Shown: positions 61,623-64,000 of the stretch, piece after piece
Position numbering within the stretch: the first letter of the stretch is position 1
Layout of the letters: each line of letters starts with the position of its first letter
Source of the DNA: Pseudogymnoascus verrucosus
Taxonomy: Eukaryota
Assembly: GCA_001662655.1 (NCBI GenBank)
Contig: KV460235.1
Strand: one strand, 5' to 3'
Length of the DNA: 64,000 nt
Notes under the pieces: model-generated
What the model was told of the DNA's origin: nothing
Database searches by the model: none
What the model saw: the letters and a program-made list of their open reading frames with translations, nothing else
Made by a program: the position numbers and the translations under genes

Positions 61623-62595
61623 GAGGGCGATTAAAATGAGAAGCTCACAACTACAGAGTCTTGAAAGGCGGGTATAGGGAGTGTATTGTTGCTGGTTTGA
61701 TAGTTGTTGATGGTGTTGACTTTGTTAAGATACTGCGTCGGAATATCGAATTGTGGGTGAGGAAGGAAGGAAGGAACAGTTGAGAGTTGCCCACAGGCTT
61801 TCTACTGCGGGATTCTCATTCAGACTGGGCTATAACGACCCCGACAAAGGGGTCTATATTTCCATTTCGACTACTAAATGACGCCAACGTTAGACCGGAC
61901 TTATGGCTTGGGCGAAAGAGGAAAGGAGGGTGGGCTGGTGGTCAAGACAGACGATACCAAAGCTGATGGTCCTCGCTGCAATGAGAACGGTATCCGCCTA
62001 AAGCTGGCGTGTAGAGTCTGAGTCAAGTCTCTGCACGCCAGCTTCCAGTCAAGTCTGGAAGTGACTATTAAATCGAGCTATTGCGGCGCTTGGAGTCTAG
62101 TACACATCCCTGGCTGCGGTACCTGGTTTGAGACGCCTTTTGATCTGTGGGATTTTAAGGAGTTCGGTCGGTGGAGTAGCTAACATTTGGGAGACTCCAG
62201 CCAATACCTTGCCTGCAGATGGAGAGCAAAGGATCTGTGGAATATCACAGGGGTATGTCCGTCGTGGGATTCTTCAGTGATAGCGAAATAAATGACAGAG
62301 AAAGACCCTTCCATCCATACCCTTCAGTTGAGGAGCAAGGGAAAGAGCAATCACGGTCGTTCTTTCCATGAGTAGAGATTAAGGAGACTCAAACTGAGAT
62401 CCGAGGGGCTTGGTTTGTGGAAACAACCACTGGCGGTTGGCGCCGAAACCTTAAATCGACCAGATCCTTTTAGTTGGGACGCCAATTTTGTAGTCCAGGT
62501 GCTGCTAGAATTATGACGATGGAAAGTATCTAATAAACCATTTGTATCATTATCTCAGTTATACTCTATCGATCATTTTCAGCAGGCTGACATGC

Positions 62596-64000
62596 TCAGT
62601 TAAGCCAAACACTGTCCATAGCACCAAATCCAGCAGCTACTCCGCCCTCTTCGCTCTGATCGCCCTTCGTTCTGAGCAAGTATCCTCCCCCCTCATTGCT
62701 CAACACGTCACCAGTTTCCTGGTTCCAAAGGCAGGTGCCATACACGCCTAGCTCGCATATGACACCTCCCTTCTCCACCTCACCGTTACGTAAAATCAGG
62801 TTCTGCACTGGCGGCGGCGTGATGATCTCCATTAGAATGTATGACTTCCAGTGAGACTCAGGCAGGGACCGAAGGAACCCTGGGATGGCAGAGCGATAGA
62901 TGTTGTTCCCACCTCCCTCGCGCTGTGGTTTTAGCACGTATCCTTTGCACTTTTCCTCGTCCAGTGCCAGCTCTCGGGCTGAGAGGCCGGCTGGAGTTTG
63001 ATCGAGAGGATATATGTTGGTGAACGTTTCTTCAAGGCTGGTACGAGTCGTAGAATCGGGAATGAATTTTGAAAGGATGGAAGTCGCGGGGTTTTCAACT
63101 GGAGTAGCAAGGACTTGCTGAACTTTCTTTGCGCCAGCTAGCTGGGTCAGTATCGAGGGACACTTTATGGCATTTGAACGCTCTATGTGAAGGCGTGCTT
63201 CCCATGCTGCCTTATTTGGATAGTCCGACGGGCCGTAGGCTGATCGGAAATAGACAACAGCCACTTCATATACTTCAGAAGGTGAGTGAGGTGGCCGGTA
63301 GAGAAGCTCGCGGCGCGTGGTAGATTCCAAGGTGGTGTCTGCTAATATCCTGGAGAACGGAAGGCGGAACACCCGTACATTGTCAGAGTTCATTTCAATA
63401 TCATATTCTAGATGGCGCTGGTCGAATATATTTCTTTCTTGATCTTGGACAACGAAGAGGATGCAAGTCTGGTGCTTTGCGGCAGACTCTCCATAAGCTT
63501 TGAAGGCTGTACGGAGCCCTGAGCCAAGCGTCTCTGTGCTTGCATTTTCGGGCAAATTACGGCCATCTTTCAAGGTATCGTCAACAAGATCGCCGTACGC
63601 AGTTCGGGCCAAGTATCTTCTCGCCGTCAGTGATGGCCCTAGATGTTGGGGAAAGAGGGGCACAAATCCAACCTACCTGTGCAGCTTTGAAGTTTGCGAA
63701 GAGAGGCCACCAAAAGATGAGGCTATGGTGTTAAACTCGACTTGTTTGATATGCGGCGTCGAATTTGGTCTTTCAAGGTCTTGATGCACCATATAATCGG
63801 AGCGAAATAGCCCCAATGAAAGTTTCTTCAGCTAAATTAGAATCTTCATGGTTCTGAAAATAAGAAGCAAGGTACCTGGCTATATCCTTCCCCCTTCACC
63901 TTGAGATGAACTTTCCAAAGTTCAGCAATAAATTCGTCCACCTCTAAAATCCTGCTTCAGGTTAGGACCCGTGCAAAGTATAATTTCTAGCCAACGAATT
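62596..64000 (-). CDS. GSH2: Glutathione synthetase, 3' part (5' end beyond the window)
   Basis: GLFRSDYM, KQVEFNTIASSFGGL, ERNIFDQR, VYFRSAY, LAGAKKVQQ, VLKPQREGGGNN, ELGVYG, GYLLRTK and EGGVAAGFG. Confidence 0.96.

Overview
Eukaryotic genomic DNA from a filamentous ascomycete, judged from short GT-AG introns with CTRAC/CTAAT branch sites and a Pezizomycotina-type gene set. A Leotiomycete such as Pseudogymnoascus is plausible but cannot be proven from this window. About 20 protein genes were identified: AP-2 mu subunit (3' part), a small CAAX-ending Cys/His protein, Gfo/Idh/MocA oxidoreductase, PTH11-like membrane protein, promethin/LDAF1-like protein, LDAH-like lipase, T5orf172-domain protein, GGCT/AIG2-like protein, coiled-coil hypothetical, CRIB-domain protein, Rae1/Gle2, multi-LysM secreted protein, an orphan chitinase-like C-terminal tail, F-box-like protein, DUF89/ARMT1, CFEM GPI protein, hybrid histidine kinase, cytochrome P450, DUF4203 protein, RIM1, a HARE-HTH-like protein and GSH2 (3' part). 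There is also an intron-containing tRNA-Ala(AGC). The most notable region is a decaying LysM/chitinase-type locus at 29.8-33.6 kb. Its last LysM domain carries clustered G->A changes including W->stop, a 25-bp-arm palindrome sits directly behind the stop codon, and the divergent partner is reduced to a stand-alone C-terminal domain. Also notable are an RpoE-delta/HARE-HTH-like gene broken by one in-frame TAA next to a compositionally odd block of degenerate repeats, and an 85-aa putative zinc-binding prenylated microprotein. All family calls come from motif recognition by eye, not from database searches.
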